A stretch of 64,000 bases of DNA from a bacterium (GCA_963693055.1 OY843751.1:1600001-1664000); one strand, 5' to 3'; counted from the stretch's first letter, positions 20,446 to 31,302 are shown. The notes: generated by a model not told the origin, from the sequence alone. Made by a program: numbers and translations.

Positions 20446-22218
20446 TTATATAGCCAGAGTTTTGTCCTTTAACCACATGGTTTCCGATTCCGTTAGCAGT
20501 GGTGATAAAGCTTTATAGACCTGAAGATGGTAATTGTTCAACCATTCGATTTCATCTTTTGTCATCATTTCTTTGTCAATCAGACTTTTATCTATAGGAC
20601 ACAAGGTAACAGTTTCAAAGCCGTAAAAAGTCCCAAATTCATTCCTTTTTAGCATTTTGGTGATAACCAGGTTTTCAATACGAATCCCGAATTCTCCTTC
20701 GAAATATAATCCCGGTTCGTTAGAAGTTAACATTCCGATTTCGAGAGGGACCGAGTTTTCGGGACGAATGCGTTGCGGACCTTCATGAACATTGAGAAAA
20801 TGTCCAACGCCATGGCCTGTTCCGTGACCATAGTTCATAAAATCTGCCCAAATTGCAGCGCGTGAAAATGTATCAACCTGTGAGCCGTTATAACCTTTGG
20901 GGAAAACGGCTTTGGCAAGATCTATATGTCCTTTTAAAACTAATGTATAGCAATGTTTTTGTTTTTCTGTAGGAGTGCCCAAAGAAATGGTTCGGGTAAT
21001 ATCGGTAGTACCATCAAGATACTGGCCGCCTGAATCCAGCAAGAGCATGCCTTCAGGTTTTACTGTAGCTGCGGTTTCAGCTTCTGCTTCATAATGAACA
21101 ATAGCGCCATTACCATTGTATCCTGCGATGGTGCTGAAAGAAGGTCCCTGGTAATGCTCGCCGGCTTTGCGGAACTCTTCCAGTTTTTCTGCCAATGTGA
21201 CTTCGGTATGTGGCCCATTCGCAATGTTTTGTTCCAACCAGAACAGCCATTTAACCATGGCAGCACCATCCCGGATATGTGCATCGCGGATGCCTTTGAG
21301 TTCTGTTTCATTTTTAATGGCTTTAAGGTCAAAGGGGATGCTTGGCTTTTCAATAATAGTGCAGGCAGAGTTGATTGCATCTCTTATCTTTTGGCTGGTT
21401 TTATCGGGATCAATCAATACTCTTGCTTCTTCCAGCCCTGCCAGAAATAGAAAAAAATCAGCATAATCGTGTATCGATATATTGTCCTGAATGAGTTTAT
21501 TTTTGATTTCATCCGAGAGCTTGTTGCTGTCAATAAATAAATGTGTTGAACTTTCAGAGATGACTACCCATGAATAAGCTACGGGATTGTATTCTACATC
21601 TTTGCCGCGTATATTCAAGGTCCAAGCAATATCATCAAGCCCTGTTAAAATGCAATGTTTGGCATTGGATGTTGCCATTTTATCGCGTATACGTTTGATT
21701 TTGGAGGTGCGGGATTCTCCGGCTATTTCATCACCCAGGAGAATGATGGGGTTCACAGGCATTTGGGGACGATCTTGCCAAATAGCATTTAGTAAATCAG
21801 TTTTGGATTCAAGCTCTATATGTTTACTCTGTAACTTTTCTTCTAACGCTTTAACCTGAGTGATAGACATTACAGCACCGTCAAAACCGATGGCCGCACC
21901 TTCGGGTAATTCCTGCTTTAACCAGTCTTCAATCGAGAGAGTCTCTGGCAATCCTTCTTTCATCAGAGTAATGCCACTGTCTTTTAATTCAGAAGCAGCC
22001 TGTACAAAGTAACGGGAATCTGTCCATAAACCAGCTTTGTCTTTGGTGATTACAACAGTACCTGCGGATCCTGTAAATCCGCTGATCCATGTGCGGCCTT
22101 TCCAGCGATCAGCCACATATTCACTTTGATGGGGGTCAGCACTGGGGACGATCCAGGCATCAAGATTTGAATTTGATAATTGTTCACGCAGTGACACTAA
22201 TTTTTCCGGTACGGTCAT
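20446..22218 (-). CDS. Xaa-Pro aminopeptidase (M24B, aminopeptidase P)
   Basis: DPHQSEY, DSGGQYLDGTTDITRT, HGTGHGVG..LNVHEGP, NEPG and GIRIEN motifs. Confidence 0.96.
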   Translation of the reverse strand: MTVPEKLVSLREQLSNSNLDAWIVPSADPHQSEYVADRWKGRTWISGFTGSAGTVVITKDKAGLWTDSRYFVQAASELKDSGITLMKEGLPETLSIEDWLKQELPEGAAIGFDGAVMSITQVKALEEKLQSKHIELESKTDLLNAIWQDRPQMPVNPIILLGDEIAGESRTSKIKRIRDKMATSNAKHCILTGLDDIAWTLNIRGKDVEYNPVAYSWVVISESSTHLFIDSNKLSDEIKNKLIQDNISIHDYADFFLFLAGLEEARVLIDPDKTSQKIRDAINSACTIIEKPSIPFDLKAIKNETELKGIRDAHIRDGAAMVKWLFWLEQNIANGPHTEVTLAEKLEEFRKAGEHYQGPSFSTIAGYNGNGAIVHYEAEAETAATVKPEGMLLLDSGGQYLDGTTDITRTISLGTPTEKQKHCYTLVLKGHIDLAKAVFPKGYNGSQVDTFSRAAIWADFMNYGHGTGHGVGHFLNVHEGPQRIRPENSVPLEIGMLTSNEPGLYFEGEFGIRIENLVITKMLKRNEFGTFYGFETVTLCPIDKSLIDKEMMTKDEIEWLNNYHLQVYKALSPLLTESETMWLKDKTLAI

Positions 22219-22653
22219 ATCACATTCCTTTGCAGGGTCTATTGAAATCGTATATCAGTCGTAAGATTATTAAATAAAAGAATATTCAGGCAATATTGCT
22301 TGAATTGAACGGGGATTTTAGAGTTGTATTTAACATTGGTCAACATAGCACTTGAAATATATACATTTACCTTATATACGTCAAGTATAAAAATGCATGT
22401 ATTGCATTTTTTACAATTCACGTTCTGTTACTAACTTGAATAGAAACAATGCTCGATGATTTTATGAATATTTTTTTTAAATTTTGTTTTTAAACATTTT
22501 TTTATATATTGGTCACACTTGAAACAGCCCTAATATAAATCACACGTTAAATTATAAAAATCCAATTTTGGGGAACTGGATTCTATTCATTGCGTTAGAT
22601 TTTTACCTAGGGACATTTTATATTCAAACATTTTTTTAACAGGGAGGAGTACT

Positions 22654-23229
22654 GTGCATCTAATCCGTAAAGTGGTACTGGTATTATTGTTTGTGGTTTC
22701 TATTGGTATGGCACAAGATATCGGCGGGATTTTTCTGGGGACAAACCATTATTTACCCAGGAACGAGCATAATTTTTATAATGTTTCTAAAACTGGTACA
22801 GCTTTTGGATTTATTTTACCTGTCAATATATCAAAGGCCACAATTTATTTTAAAATGAGAGGTACTTATCATTCTGTTGATTTTAAAGGATATTGGGGAC
22901 TTTATTATCAGAGTTTGGATATGTATGAACCACAATATATGATCAGTGCCAGCAATGAAATATTGGTGGGAAAGACATTCAAGACAAGTCCGGCAATTTC
23001 ATTTGTACCTCAGTTTGGTATAGGAATTATTGAAGAAGCTTTGCTCAGCGAGTGGCCCGATGGTTACAATACTGCCATGGTATATATGGATTTGTCTTTG
23101 CTTACTATTTATGATTATTCTTTTTTTGATCTGGGTCTGATGTTAAATGTTGAACACGATTTCCTGGGGGATGGTGATGGATTTGTATCGGATATGCGAA
23201 TGAATGTTGCGTTAGTTATTCTAAAATAA
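22654..23229 (+). CDS. Hypothetical secreted beta-barrel-like protein, paralog 1
   Basis: GGAGGAG RBS, signal peptide, amphipathic beta strands; similar to the next two genes. Confidence 0.75.
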   Translation: MHLIRKVVLVLLFVVSIGMAQDIGGIFLGTNHYLPRNEHNFYNVSKTGTAFGFILPVNISKATIYFKMRGTYHSVDFKGYWGLYYQSLDMYEPQYMISASNEILVGKTFKTSPAISFVPQFGIGIIEEALLSEWPDGYNTAMVYMDLSLLTIYDYSFFDLGLMLNVEHDFLGDGDGFVSDMRMNVALVILK

Positions 23230-23245
23230 ATGTTTGGAGGGAAAT

Positions 23246-23821
23246 ATGCGCAATTTATTGGCGGGTTGTTTAGTATTGTTTTTATCTGTATCTGTGTTTG
23301 GGCAGGCATTCGTTCCTTTTGTGGGGGGTGAAAAATTAATTCCTGAAAATGAGGGGTACAGGACCAGGTGGCAGGAATATGGTCCAACGTGCGGGCTGTT
23401 TATCAAGATGCCGCAACGAGAGGGTATTTTAACCTTTTTCAAGTTTAATGCTTCTTATTTTGCTTTCAAGGGCAATGAGATGCATTCCACTGATGATTTA
23501 AGATATTATACTGTTGCTCCATTGTCGCCTGTGCCGGAGACTTTTCAATTAAATATTTCTGGTAATTTTATGATTGGACCAGAAATCAAAATTAATCAAA
23601 AATTGATGTTCAGTCCCATGCTTTGTGCGGGCGTAATACGTAAGGGCCAGTATGAAAAGATAACAAAATGTTACGAATCGGAAATTATTCCTCAGTTCGG
23701 ATTGTCGGCAATGTGTATGTATGAGATGATGAATTTCAAAGTTGGAATTATGGGGCATTATACAAGATCGCTTGAAACCACAACCGGAACAGGGCGTTTG
23801 GAATTGCTTTTATTACTATAG
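23246..23821 (+). CDS. Hypothetical secreted beta-barrel-like protein, paralog 2
   Basis: GGAGG RBS before ATG 23246; signal peptide; LNISGNFMIGP..PMLCAG..KGQYE. Confidence 0.75.
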   Translation: MRNLLAGCLVLFLSVSVFGQAFVPFVGGEKLIPENEGYRTRWQEYGPTCGLFIKMPQREGILTFFKFNASYFAFKGNEMHSTDDLRYYTVAPLSPVPETFQLNISGNFMIGPEIKINQKLMFSPMLCAGVIRKGQYEKITKCYESEIIPQFGLSAMCMYEMMNFKVGIMGHYTRSLETTTGTGRLELLLLL

Positions 23822-23857
23822 GTCTATCAATATTAAATATATTAAGAGGAGATTGTT

Positions 23858-24445
23858 ATGCGCTTTTTACAATTAATTTGTCTGGTTGTATTGCTGGCTG
23901 TACCTCTTTTTGCCCAAAGAATAGGTGTGTTTTCCGGTGTCGAAACACGAATGGATACATACACATTTGATCAACACAATGATACCGGAAATAGCGCTGG
24001 AATACTGTTACCCCTAAAATTAAGTCATGCTAATATGTTTATCAAATTAAAGGTGTCTCATTTTGGTAATAATCCAGATGCGCTTGATATGACGGGATGG
24101 GTAGATATTATGACACCAGATATTTCAGCTTATAACGCTATAAAACAGAAAGATACTTTTCGTTTAAATTATTCTGGCCAGTTTTTAATAGGCCCACAGG
24201 TGGATTTGACAAAAAAATTGACCCTTTGGCCGTTGCTGGGTGCCGGTTTTACAAAAAAGGGTGCATATGAACAGGTTGGAAAAGAAAACTATTTTGGTTC
24301 TATGAATTGTCTTTTTGGAGATGCCTCTTTAATGGTAGCCAGGGATTTTAATATGTTCGATGTTGCAATTATGTCAAGCTTTAACCTTGATTTTAATTCT
24401 GGTAATCACAAACGCGCCAGTCTTGAACTGATCATTATGATTTAA
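23858..24445 (+). CDS. Hypothetical secreted beta-barrel-like protein, paralog 3
   Basis: GAGGAG RBS; signal peptide; LNYSGQFLIGP..PLLGAG..KGAYE. Confidence 0.75.
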   Translation: MRFLQLICLVVLLAVPLFAQRIGVFSGVETRMDTYTFDQHNDTGNSAGILLPLKLSHANMFIKLKVSHFGNNPDALDMTGWVDIMTPDISAYNAIKQKDTFRLNYSGQFLIGPQVDLTKKLTLWPLLGAGFTKKGAYEQVGKENYFGSMNCLFGDASLMVARDFNMFDVAIMSSFNLDFNSGNHKRASLELIIMI

Positions 24446-25617
24446 GGCAGAGTATTGCCAGCATAAAATCTCACTTCTTCATCGGGATCCTGCTTTGCTG
24501 TTTGTAGTAATGTCGCGGCTTCTGTTGTTCCGATCTGGTGTAAGGCCCATGCAGCTGACCGACGTTCTCTCAAGTTGCCAATTTTCAGCATTTCGGACAA
24601 TGGCCTTACGGCCTCTCTGGATTTCAATTTGCCCAGTGCCGTGGCGGCAGCCCAACCGCTCTCTGGTTTTTCCAGGGCTTTGATGAGTGCTGATTGCGCG
24701 GATTTTTGTCCGGTTTCACCCAACACCCAGATCGTATTCATACGGACCTGGGCAGATGGTGATTCCAGCATTTTTGTCAATGTTTGTTCATGTGGCGATA
24801 AATCCATTTTACATAGGGTGACCATGGCCCGGTTTTGTACCATCCAGTCCGGGTCCTGCAAGCATGTTATCAGCAGGGGGATTGTTTTTGTATTTTCTAT
24901 ATGTGTTATTATTGCGGCAAGTTTTCTGCGCATATGGACATCCTTGGATGCCATTTCAGATATTAATGAATCTAAAAGTGTATCTCCCAATTTTATCAAT
25001 ATCTCTTGTGCCTGATTTTGGATAACCATAGAGCTGTCGTTCAATGCGTTTTTATATATGGAAAATCCTTTATTCTGATCTATATTGCTCAAAACAGACA
25101 GGGCGGTGGCCCGTATATAGGGATTGTTATCATGTATTGCTGCCAGACTCAATTCACGTGTTTGCGCTGCCCCGGCAGCGTTTAGTGCATTCAGTACCGC
25201 ATTTCGCATACGAATATCTTTTGATTGGACCAATTCGAGTAAGGAAGGAATTGCTTTTTTAGCTTTCATCTGTCCAAGTGCCTCTATCAACGCAAGTTTG
25301 ACAGCATAGCGGGTTTTCTTGTCTTTTAGTATTTTGATCATTTGTGGAGCAGGTTTAGCTGATCCTATTTTGCCCAGAGTCCATGCGGCTTTGCGTTTGT
25401 TCCAGTCTGATTGTTCCGGATCTGTCAGGATTGACAGTACCGATGGAACCGCTGCTTCGCCGAATGCTGCTAGCGAGTCCGCTGCCTGGTCCCAGTTGTG
25501 CCTTGCGGACAATAAATCAGATATTTTATTATCGAGTTGCCTTTGGTCTGTTCGAGGTGAACAGGTAAGGAAAATAATAAAAAATCCAACAAGTACGCAG
25601 TTGATCAACTTATTCAT
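24442..25617 (-). CDS. HEAT-repeat (PBS lyase-like) lipoprotein
   Basis: FLTC lipobox; repeated AAWTLGKIG, IEALGQMK and AATALGKLK units. Confidence 0.88.
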   Translation of the reverse strand: MNKLINCVLVGFFIIFLTCSPRTDQRQLDNKISDLLSARHNWDQAADSLAAFGEAAVPSVLSILTDPEQSDWNKRKAAWTLGKIGSAKPAPQMIKILKDKKTRYAVKLALIEALGQMKAKKAIPSLLELVQSKDIRMRNAVLNALNAAGAAQTRELSLAAIHDNNPYIRATALSVLSNIDQNKGFSIYKNALNDSSMVIQNQAQEILIKLGDTLLDSLISEMASKDVHMRRKLAAIITHIENTKTIPLLITCLQDPDWMVQNRAMVTLCKMDLSPHEQTLTKMLESPSAQVRMNTIWVLGETGQKSAQSALIKALEKPESGWAAATALGKLKSREAVRPLSEMLKIGNLRERRSAAWALHQIGTTEAATLLQTAKQDPDEEVRFYAGNTLP

Positions 25618-26584
25618 ATTTCCCCCATGTGTTTTGGCGGGTAAAATGCGTTGTCAAAATAGTGTACAAATCATTCTCGAACAGAGTGTCCAGTTCTTTC
25701 AGACTTTTCAAGCCAAACATGAACGCAATGGTAACAGGATCGGTACGCCAGTTGATATGACCTTCATAAAATCCATAACGCATGATATATTCCGGTTCCA
25801 TTTCACCTGTGAGAATATGGGTGAGCAGTTGTTTTAACGTGTCATATTGAACTGGTGAGAGCTGAGAATAGTGTCTCTTTAGATATTCAGATTCTGTTAA
25901 AGTGAGATCACGTTCAATTTCCAGCCAGAACGCGCCTTCCATTCCATCATCAAATATAGATAGCTGTCCGCCTTTGGTGTCATGAGCGCTTACTTGAATA
26001 GCGTGACCATTATAATGAAAATACTTGACATGCTGCCATTCGTGCGCTGCCATGTTCCAGCGTTCCAGTTCAAGGTCCTTGAACATGGTTTTGAGAATAT
26101 GATAAAGTGGCCTGGCAAGATCAGGATGAGTCAATCCCATTTTTGAGACGAGGCGGTTATCGCCCAGCAACACAGAACGGATGTCTTCATCTGCAGCCAT
26201 AAATCCGTCTTCGGAGAGACCATCGGGGCGTCCCAATTCAGTTATCTCTGCCAGCGAGCGGTTGGTTATGCTTTGCCTGTCCAGCAGTTCCGGCTCGGAA
26301 TGCAGGCCTCTTGCTATCAAAGTGGGGAAATCTTTACTATTTATCAATACACAGTAGTCCACACCCAGAGTGATTGGAATAATACCGTATTTAGAGTCCT
26401 GGTTTTCAATGATTACCAGTTGAGTACTGTCGTTTAGTGGAAAGGGAGAAGGTATATCTGGTTTGGAATCCAGTAATTCGGGATACAGTTTATAGCTATT
26501 TTGATGGATGGTTATAGTTTGTGAAAAACATGTTGAAATAATAACCAGCGTGAACAATAAATAGTTTGCAAACACAGATTGCAT
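25610..26584 (-). CDS. Secreted hypothetical protein
   Basis: Signal peptide; enzyme-like motifs RPDGLSEDGFM, GLTHPDLA, TKGGQLS and RYGFYEG..WRTDP; overlaps the HEAT gene start. Confidence 0.75.
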   Translation of the reverse strand: MQSVFANYLLFTLVIISTCFSQTITIHQNSYKLYPELLDSKPDIPSPFPLNDSTQLVIIENQDSKYGIIPITLGVDYCVLINSKDFPTLIARGLHSEPELLDRQSITNRSLAEITELGRPDGLSEDGFMAADEDIRSVLLGDNRLVSKMGLTHPDLARPLYHILKTMFKDLELERWNMAAHEWQHVKYFHYNGHAIQVSAHDTKGGQLSIFDDGMEGAFWLEIERDLTLTESEYLKRHYSQLSPVQYDTLKQLLTHILTGEMEPEYIMRYGFYEGHINWRTDPVTIAFMFGLKSLKELDTLFENDLYTILTTHFTRQNTWGKYE

Positions 26585-26679
26585 TATAACCCCACTCTTT
26601 ATAATATTCTATTGTTGTGTATAGCAATTTTATAAGTTCTGACGCAGTCCTGTCAGAAACGGACTGCTATTTCAATCAA

Positions 26680-27579
26680 TTAAATTTCCTCTAATGTCTT
26701 CCTAATTTGTTTGATGAAATTTGCCACTTTGATTTTGGGATCACCGGCTCCAAGTGTCTCAATGGGCAGATAACCACGGTATCCTGCGTTTTTAATGATT
26801 GTAAATACTTTTTTTAAATCTGTAGGGACCTTTTTCCTGTTTATTTCAATTTCTTCCTTGATCTGCCAGTTGACCGCATGGGGGGTGATTTCGGCAATAT
26901 CTTTGTAAGGATCCTCTGTTCTGTAGCTGCCGATATCATGCATAATGCCGAACCATTCCGAATCCACCTGCTTGATGATGGATTTAACCTGTTCTGCGGT
27001 TTTGATAAAGTTGGCGTGGTTTTGCAAAGCAATGATTACACCATATTCCTTGCCGGTTTCCACACAGGCTTGCAGGTTTTCAATTACCCATTTTTCTACA
27101 GTTTCCCGATTATAACCATCAGGTGTTTCTTGTCCCGCAAATACGCGTATTGCCGGAGCACCCAGCTTTGCTGCAACAGGTATCCATTTCTGTACGAGTT
27201 GTAGCGATGTTTTACGTTTAGCAGGATCCGGGTCTGCAAAATCATTGCGCACACCAGTGCCGCTGATATCGAGACCCAGAAGGTACGCATGTTTTTTGAT
27301 CCGATTCAGATAAGCATCATCCGGGATTTCCGGATAATTTTGTAAATAATACCCGGTAATGTCTGCCGCTTCAAAATTGTGTTCCGCGCAAAAATTTAAT
27401 ACCTGCTCAACAGAAATTTCACCATTTCTTAGCGGTTGGTTAAAAGAATAGAAATTTAATGCAAGTTTGAAAAAATGAGAGCCGGTACGTTTTATGGGTG
27501 TTTGAGCATGAATCTGGTTGGTTACTAATCCTGCTGCTGTAACAGTCAAGGATGATTTGATAAAATCTCTGCGTTCCAT
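26680..27579 (-). CDS. Tat-exported sugar phosphate isomerase/epimerase
   Basis: MERRDFIK signal; IRVFAG, LQNH, DIGS, WQIKE and YRGYLPIETLG motifs. Confidence 0.9.
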   Translation of the reverse strand: MERRDFIKSSLTVTAAGLVTNQIHAQTPIKRTGSHFFKLALNFYSFNQPLRNGEISVEQVLNFCAEHNFEAADITGYYLQNYPEIPDDAYLNRIKKHAYLLGLDISGTGVRNDFADPDPAKRKTSLQLVQKWIPVAAKLGAPAIRVFAGQETPDGYNRETVEKWVIENLQACVETGKEYGVIIALQNHANFIKTAEQVKSIIKQVDSEWFGIMHDIGSYRTEDPYKDIAEITPHAVNWQIKEEIEINRKKVPTDLKKVFTIIKNAGYRGYLPIETLGAGDPKIKVANFIKQIRKTLEEI

Positions 27580-27612
27580 TTAACTACTCTCCTTGATTAA
27601 TTTAGGTAAAGC

Positions 27613-28311
27613 TTATCGTGCCCCACCAATTTTTGCAAATACATACAGCATCTCAGTCGCTATCTGTGCGCATCGTTCATCATATTTTTCTTTTTCCATA
27701 GGTGTATTGTCAAATTGCTTGGGGTCTTGATACGTTACTGCAAATCTTGCTTTTGCACCGGGTACAATGGGGCATGCTGCGTCTGCGTCTGAACAGGTCA
27801 TGACTGCTGCAAAATTTTCCTGGGGATTGCTGCTGTCATCAAATGTTTTTGACCAGGCTTTGATTGTATCTGCCTGAGATGAAAACATTACATGATAAAT
27901 CGGATTATCATCATCTGTTGTTTTTTCTACCTCAAAACCGGCATTCAGCATAGCTTTAACAGAACGGGGATTAAAGGCAGTGGCTTCAGTCCCTCCTGAA
28001 TAGCATTGAACGCCCGGTACACGAAAATAATGAGCGGCGGTTTGTGCCCATATCTGTGCCATATGGCTGCGACGTGAATTGTGTGTACAAATAAAAACAA
28101 GATTTGCTGTTGAATCTGCCATAACTTTTTGGTTAGTCCATGATGACAGGGAATCGAGAATTTCTTTTCGAGTATCCGGAATCTCTACAGTCTTTTCAAG
28201 CTGTTCAACAATATAGCTGTTCAAAGTATCGGGCATATCATTCTCCATTGCCATTATTAAGGGAGCACAGAGTATTACGATGAATATCCAAATATTAATT
28301 ATTTTTTGCAT
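27613..28311 (-). CDS. LMW-PTP/ArsC-family protein
   Basis: FICTHNSRRS P-loop, SGGTE, MTCSDADAACP and DP motifs. Confidence 0.88.
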   Translation of the reverse strand: MQKIINIWIFIVILCAPLIMAMENDMPDTLNSYIVEQLEKTVEIPDTRKEILDSLSSWTNQKVMADSTANLVFICTHNSRRSHMAQIWAQTAAHYFRVPGVQCYSGGTEATAFNPRSVKAMLNAGFEVEKTTDDDNPIYHVMFSSQADTIKAWSKTFDDSSNPQENFAAVMTCSDADAACPIVPGAKARFAVTYQDPKQFDNTPMEKEKYDERCAQIATEMLYVFAKIGGAR

Positions 28312-28525
28312 TAGACCTTCTCATGTTTTTGTGATATAAACTGAAACACGTTACCTAAAAGTAACATTCCAATTGTTAAAATACAATAAAATGATCAACC
28401 ATTGTAATTTAATGTTATCATTTGCTTTACAATGTTTTACAATCCATTGGCATCAATCCGTTGCATATATTCCTGAACTTTATTATTATATTTTCTATTG
28501 GAGGTTGACCGGTCAGGGAAGAAAA

Positions 28526-31168
28526 ATGAAAAACACAATCCTTTTGATTCTAATTTTGCCAATTGTTTTATTTGCCGCTACATTTGAAACATTGCCAGTT
28601 GAAAAGCCCGCGTTGCATGCAAAACGCATGAATGATCAAGTAATTGTGGATGGGGTGTTGGATGAAGATGTTTGGCAGCAAGCCATTGAATATAATTATT
28701 TTACTCAGCGAGATCCATTTGAGGGCAAAAAGCCTTCAGAAGAAACAATTGTTCAGCTTGTTTATGATGATGAAGCTTTGTATATCGGTGCGAGAATGTA
28801 CGATTCCGCTCCGGATTCTATAGTAAAACGGTTGGGCCGACGAGATCAACCCCTGCAGGCTGACCGATTCTATTTTTATATTGACCCCTATCACGATAAA
28901 CGCAGTGGTTACTATTTTGGTATGAACGCCGCGGGTACCTTTTATGATGGTACTATATATAATGATGCTATTTTTGATGCAACCTGGGACGGAGTTTGGG
29001 AAGGCAATACCAATATTGATGAAAAGGGATGGAGTGTTGAAATGCGCATTCCATTTTCTCAATTACGATTCAGACATCAGGAACATGCAATTTGGGCCGG
29101 TAACTGTGCTCGTATTATTGATCGTAAAAATGAAGCCAGTTATGTGACCTTTACTCCCAAAGATGAAAGTGGATTTGTCTCACGTTTTGTCGATCTTACA
29201 GGTATTGAATCCATTCGTCCTCAAAATACTCTCGAGGTCATGCCATTTGTCCGATCAAAGGCCGCGTTTACGCATCCGGAAGCAGCCAATCCATTCAATG
29301 ATGGATCAAAAATTTCTCCCGGTAGTGGTGTTGATCTTAAATATCGTATGGGTAGTAATTTGGTCCTGGATATGACCATGAATCCTGATTTTGGTCAGGT
29401 TGAAGTGGACCCTGCAGTTGTGAATCTAAGTGCATTTGAAACCTATTTCCCTGAAAAACGCCCCTTTTTTATTGAAGGTGCTTCTATTTTTGGATTTGGT
29501 AACGGTGGAACGAACGAGCATTGGGGATTCAGCTTTAGTCAACCTACGTTTTTTTACAGCAGGCGAATCGGGCGCACACCTCAACGTGATTTGCCTGATA
29601 ATGATTATGCGGATGTACCGGACAATACAAATATAATTGGAGCTGCCAAGTTGACCGGAAAACTGGCAAGAAACTGGAATGTGGGTTCTATTCATGCAGT
29701 TACTTCCAGAGAATATGCTGACCTGGATATAAATGGTGTTCGTTCGCATCTTGAAGCTGAACCACAAACTTATTATGGAATTTTTCGTGCCCAAAAAGAG
29801 ATTGATGAAGCTAAATACGGGATTGGATTTTTAGGGACGGTTGTGAACCGTCAGTTCAAAGATATTGCATTGTTGAATGATGTAAACAAAGAAGCTTATG
29901 TTTTTGGTGTTGATGGATGGAGTTTTCTGGATGATGAGCGGGAATGGGTTGTTTCAAGTTGGTTTGGCGCCTCTCATATTAAAGGTTCTCGTGAACGTAT
30001 GTTGGATGTGCAGCAAAGTGTAAGGCATTATTTTCAACGTCCTGATGCAAGATCCTATTCTATTGACAGCTCTGCTACTACAATGAGAGGAACCGCGGGA
30101 AGAATATTGCTCAACAAGGAAAAAGGTAATGTGATCTTTAATACGGCAATAGGTTACGTTGGGCCTTCATTTGATGTGAATGATTTGGGTTACATGAACC
30201 GAACTGATGAAGTCAATGGACATGTATTGGGTGGATATCGCTGGACAGAACCTAATGCCTTTGCTCGTACTGTTTATCTTAGAGGTTCGGCATATTATGC
30301 CAAAGATGCAGATGGAAATGTCACCGACAAGGGCCTTTGGCATAATGGATACTTTTTGTTCAATAATTATTATACTCTGAGTTATACTTTCTATTTAGAA
30401 GATAATACCTTTGATCCTGCATTGACCCGGGGCGGTCCTTTAATGATTAATCCAAAATATTGGAGTAATTATATATATCTTTCATCTGATTCCAGAAAGT
30501 CTATGATTTTTGGAGCAAGTACAGCATATGTAAGCAGTGCTCATGATGCCTGGTATTTCAGTTTAGGGACATTTGCCGAATGGAAAGCCAGACCCAATTT
30601 ATTATTACGTTTTGAACCCAGTATGTTATGGCACAGCACCTATAGTCAATGGGTTGATGATTTTGAGGACCCATTGGCAACTGTAACTTATGGTAATAGA
30701 TATGTTTATGCCTCAATTTGGCGAAAACAATTTTCCGCAGGATTGAGAATGAACTGGACATTTACACCAAAACTGAGTCTGCAGGTTTTTGCACAGCCGT
30801 TGGTTTCTATTGCGGATTATTCAAATTTTAAGGAATTTGCAAAGCCGAGTACCTACGAGTTTAATGATTTGACGGATGTGGAATATGATGAATCTGATAA
30901 TACTTATGAAGTAGACCCTGATGGAGATGGACCTGCTGAGTCCTTTAGCTTTGATAATCCCGATTTTGATCTGAAATCTTTACGAGGAAATGCAGTCTTG
31001 CGTTGGGAGTATTTGCCAGGTTCTACCATGTACCTGGTTTGGACACAGCAGAGATCGGAAGACGAGTATTTAGGTAGTCTTGATTTTAAACGATCTTTTG
31101 AAAGAATTTTGTCACCCAAAGCCGACAATATTTTTATGTTAAAACTCAGTTACTGGTTAAATATTTAA
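28526..31168 (+). CDS. CBM9-like/DUF5916 domain outer-membrane protein
   Basis: VDGVLDEDVW, GWSVEMRIPFSQLRF, NPDFGQVEVD, EKRPFFIE, FYSRRIG motifs and terminal KLSYW. Confidence 0.88.
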   Translation: MKNTILLILILPIVLFAATFETLPVEKPALHAKRMNDQVIVDGVLDEDVWQQAIEYNYFTQRDPFEGKKPSEETIVQLVYDDEALYIGARMYDSAPDSIVKRLGRRDQPLQADRFYFYIDPYHDKRSGYYFGMNAAGTFYDGTIYNDAIFDATWDGVWEGNTNIDEKGWSVEMRIPFSQLRFRHQEHAIWAGNCARIIDRKNEASYVTFTPKDESGFVSRFVDLTGIESIRPQNTLEVMPFVRSKAAFTHPEAANPFNDGSKISPGSGVDLKYRMGSNLVLDMTMNPDFGQVEVDPAVVNLSAFETYFPEKRPFFIEGASIFGFGNGGTNEHWGFSFSQPTFFYSRRIGRTPQRDLPDNDYADVPDNTNIIGAAKLTGKLARNWNVGSIHAVTSREYADLDINGVRSHLEAEPQTYYGIFRAQKEIDEAKYGIGFLGTVVNRQFKDIALLNDVNKEAYVFGVDGWSFLDDEREWVVSSWFGASHIKGSRERMLDVQQSVRHYFQRPDARSYSIDSSATTMRGTAGRILLNKEKGNVIFNTAIGYVGPSFDVNDLGYMNRTDEVNGHVLGGYRWTEPNAFARTVYLRGSAYYAKDADGNVTDKGLWHNGYFLFNNYYTLSYTFYLEDNTFDPALTRGGPLMINPKYWSNYIYLSSDSRKSMIFGASTAYVSSAHDAWYFSLGTFAEWKARPNLLLRFEPSMLWHSTYSQWVDDFEDPLATVTYGNRYVYASIWRKQFSAGLRMNWTFTPKLSLQVFAQPLVSIADYSNFKEFAKPSTYEFNDLTDVEYDESDNTYEVDPDGDGPAESFSFDNPDFDLKSLRGNAVLRWEYLPGSTMYLVWTQQRSEDEYLGSLDFKRSFERILSPKADNIFMLKLSYWLNI

Positions 31169-31191
31169 CTATATATTTGATATTATTTACA

Positions 31192-31220
31192 AGCCGGTTC
31201 TGCCAGGAACCGGCTTTTTT
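31192..31220 (+). terminator. Intrinsic terminator
   Basis: AGCCGGTTC-TGCCAG-GAACCGGCT followed by a T-run. Confidence 0.85.
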
Positions 31221-31302
31221 CTATTGTACATTCCTTTATGATTTTCTTGCATTAAACCATCAAGATGCATATTTTATTTAAAATTAATCTCGGGAGCTAT
31301 CA

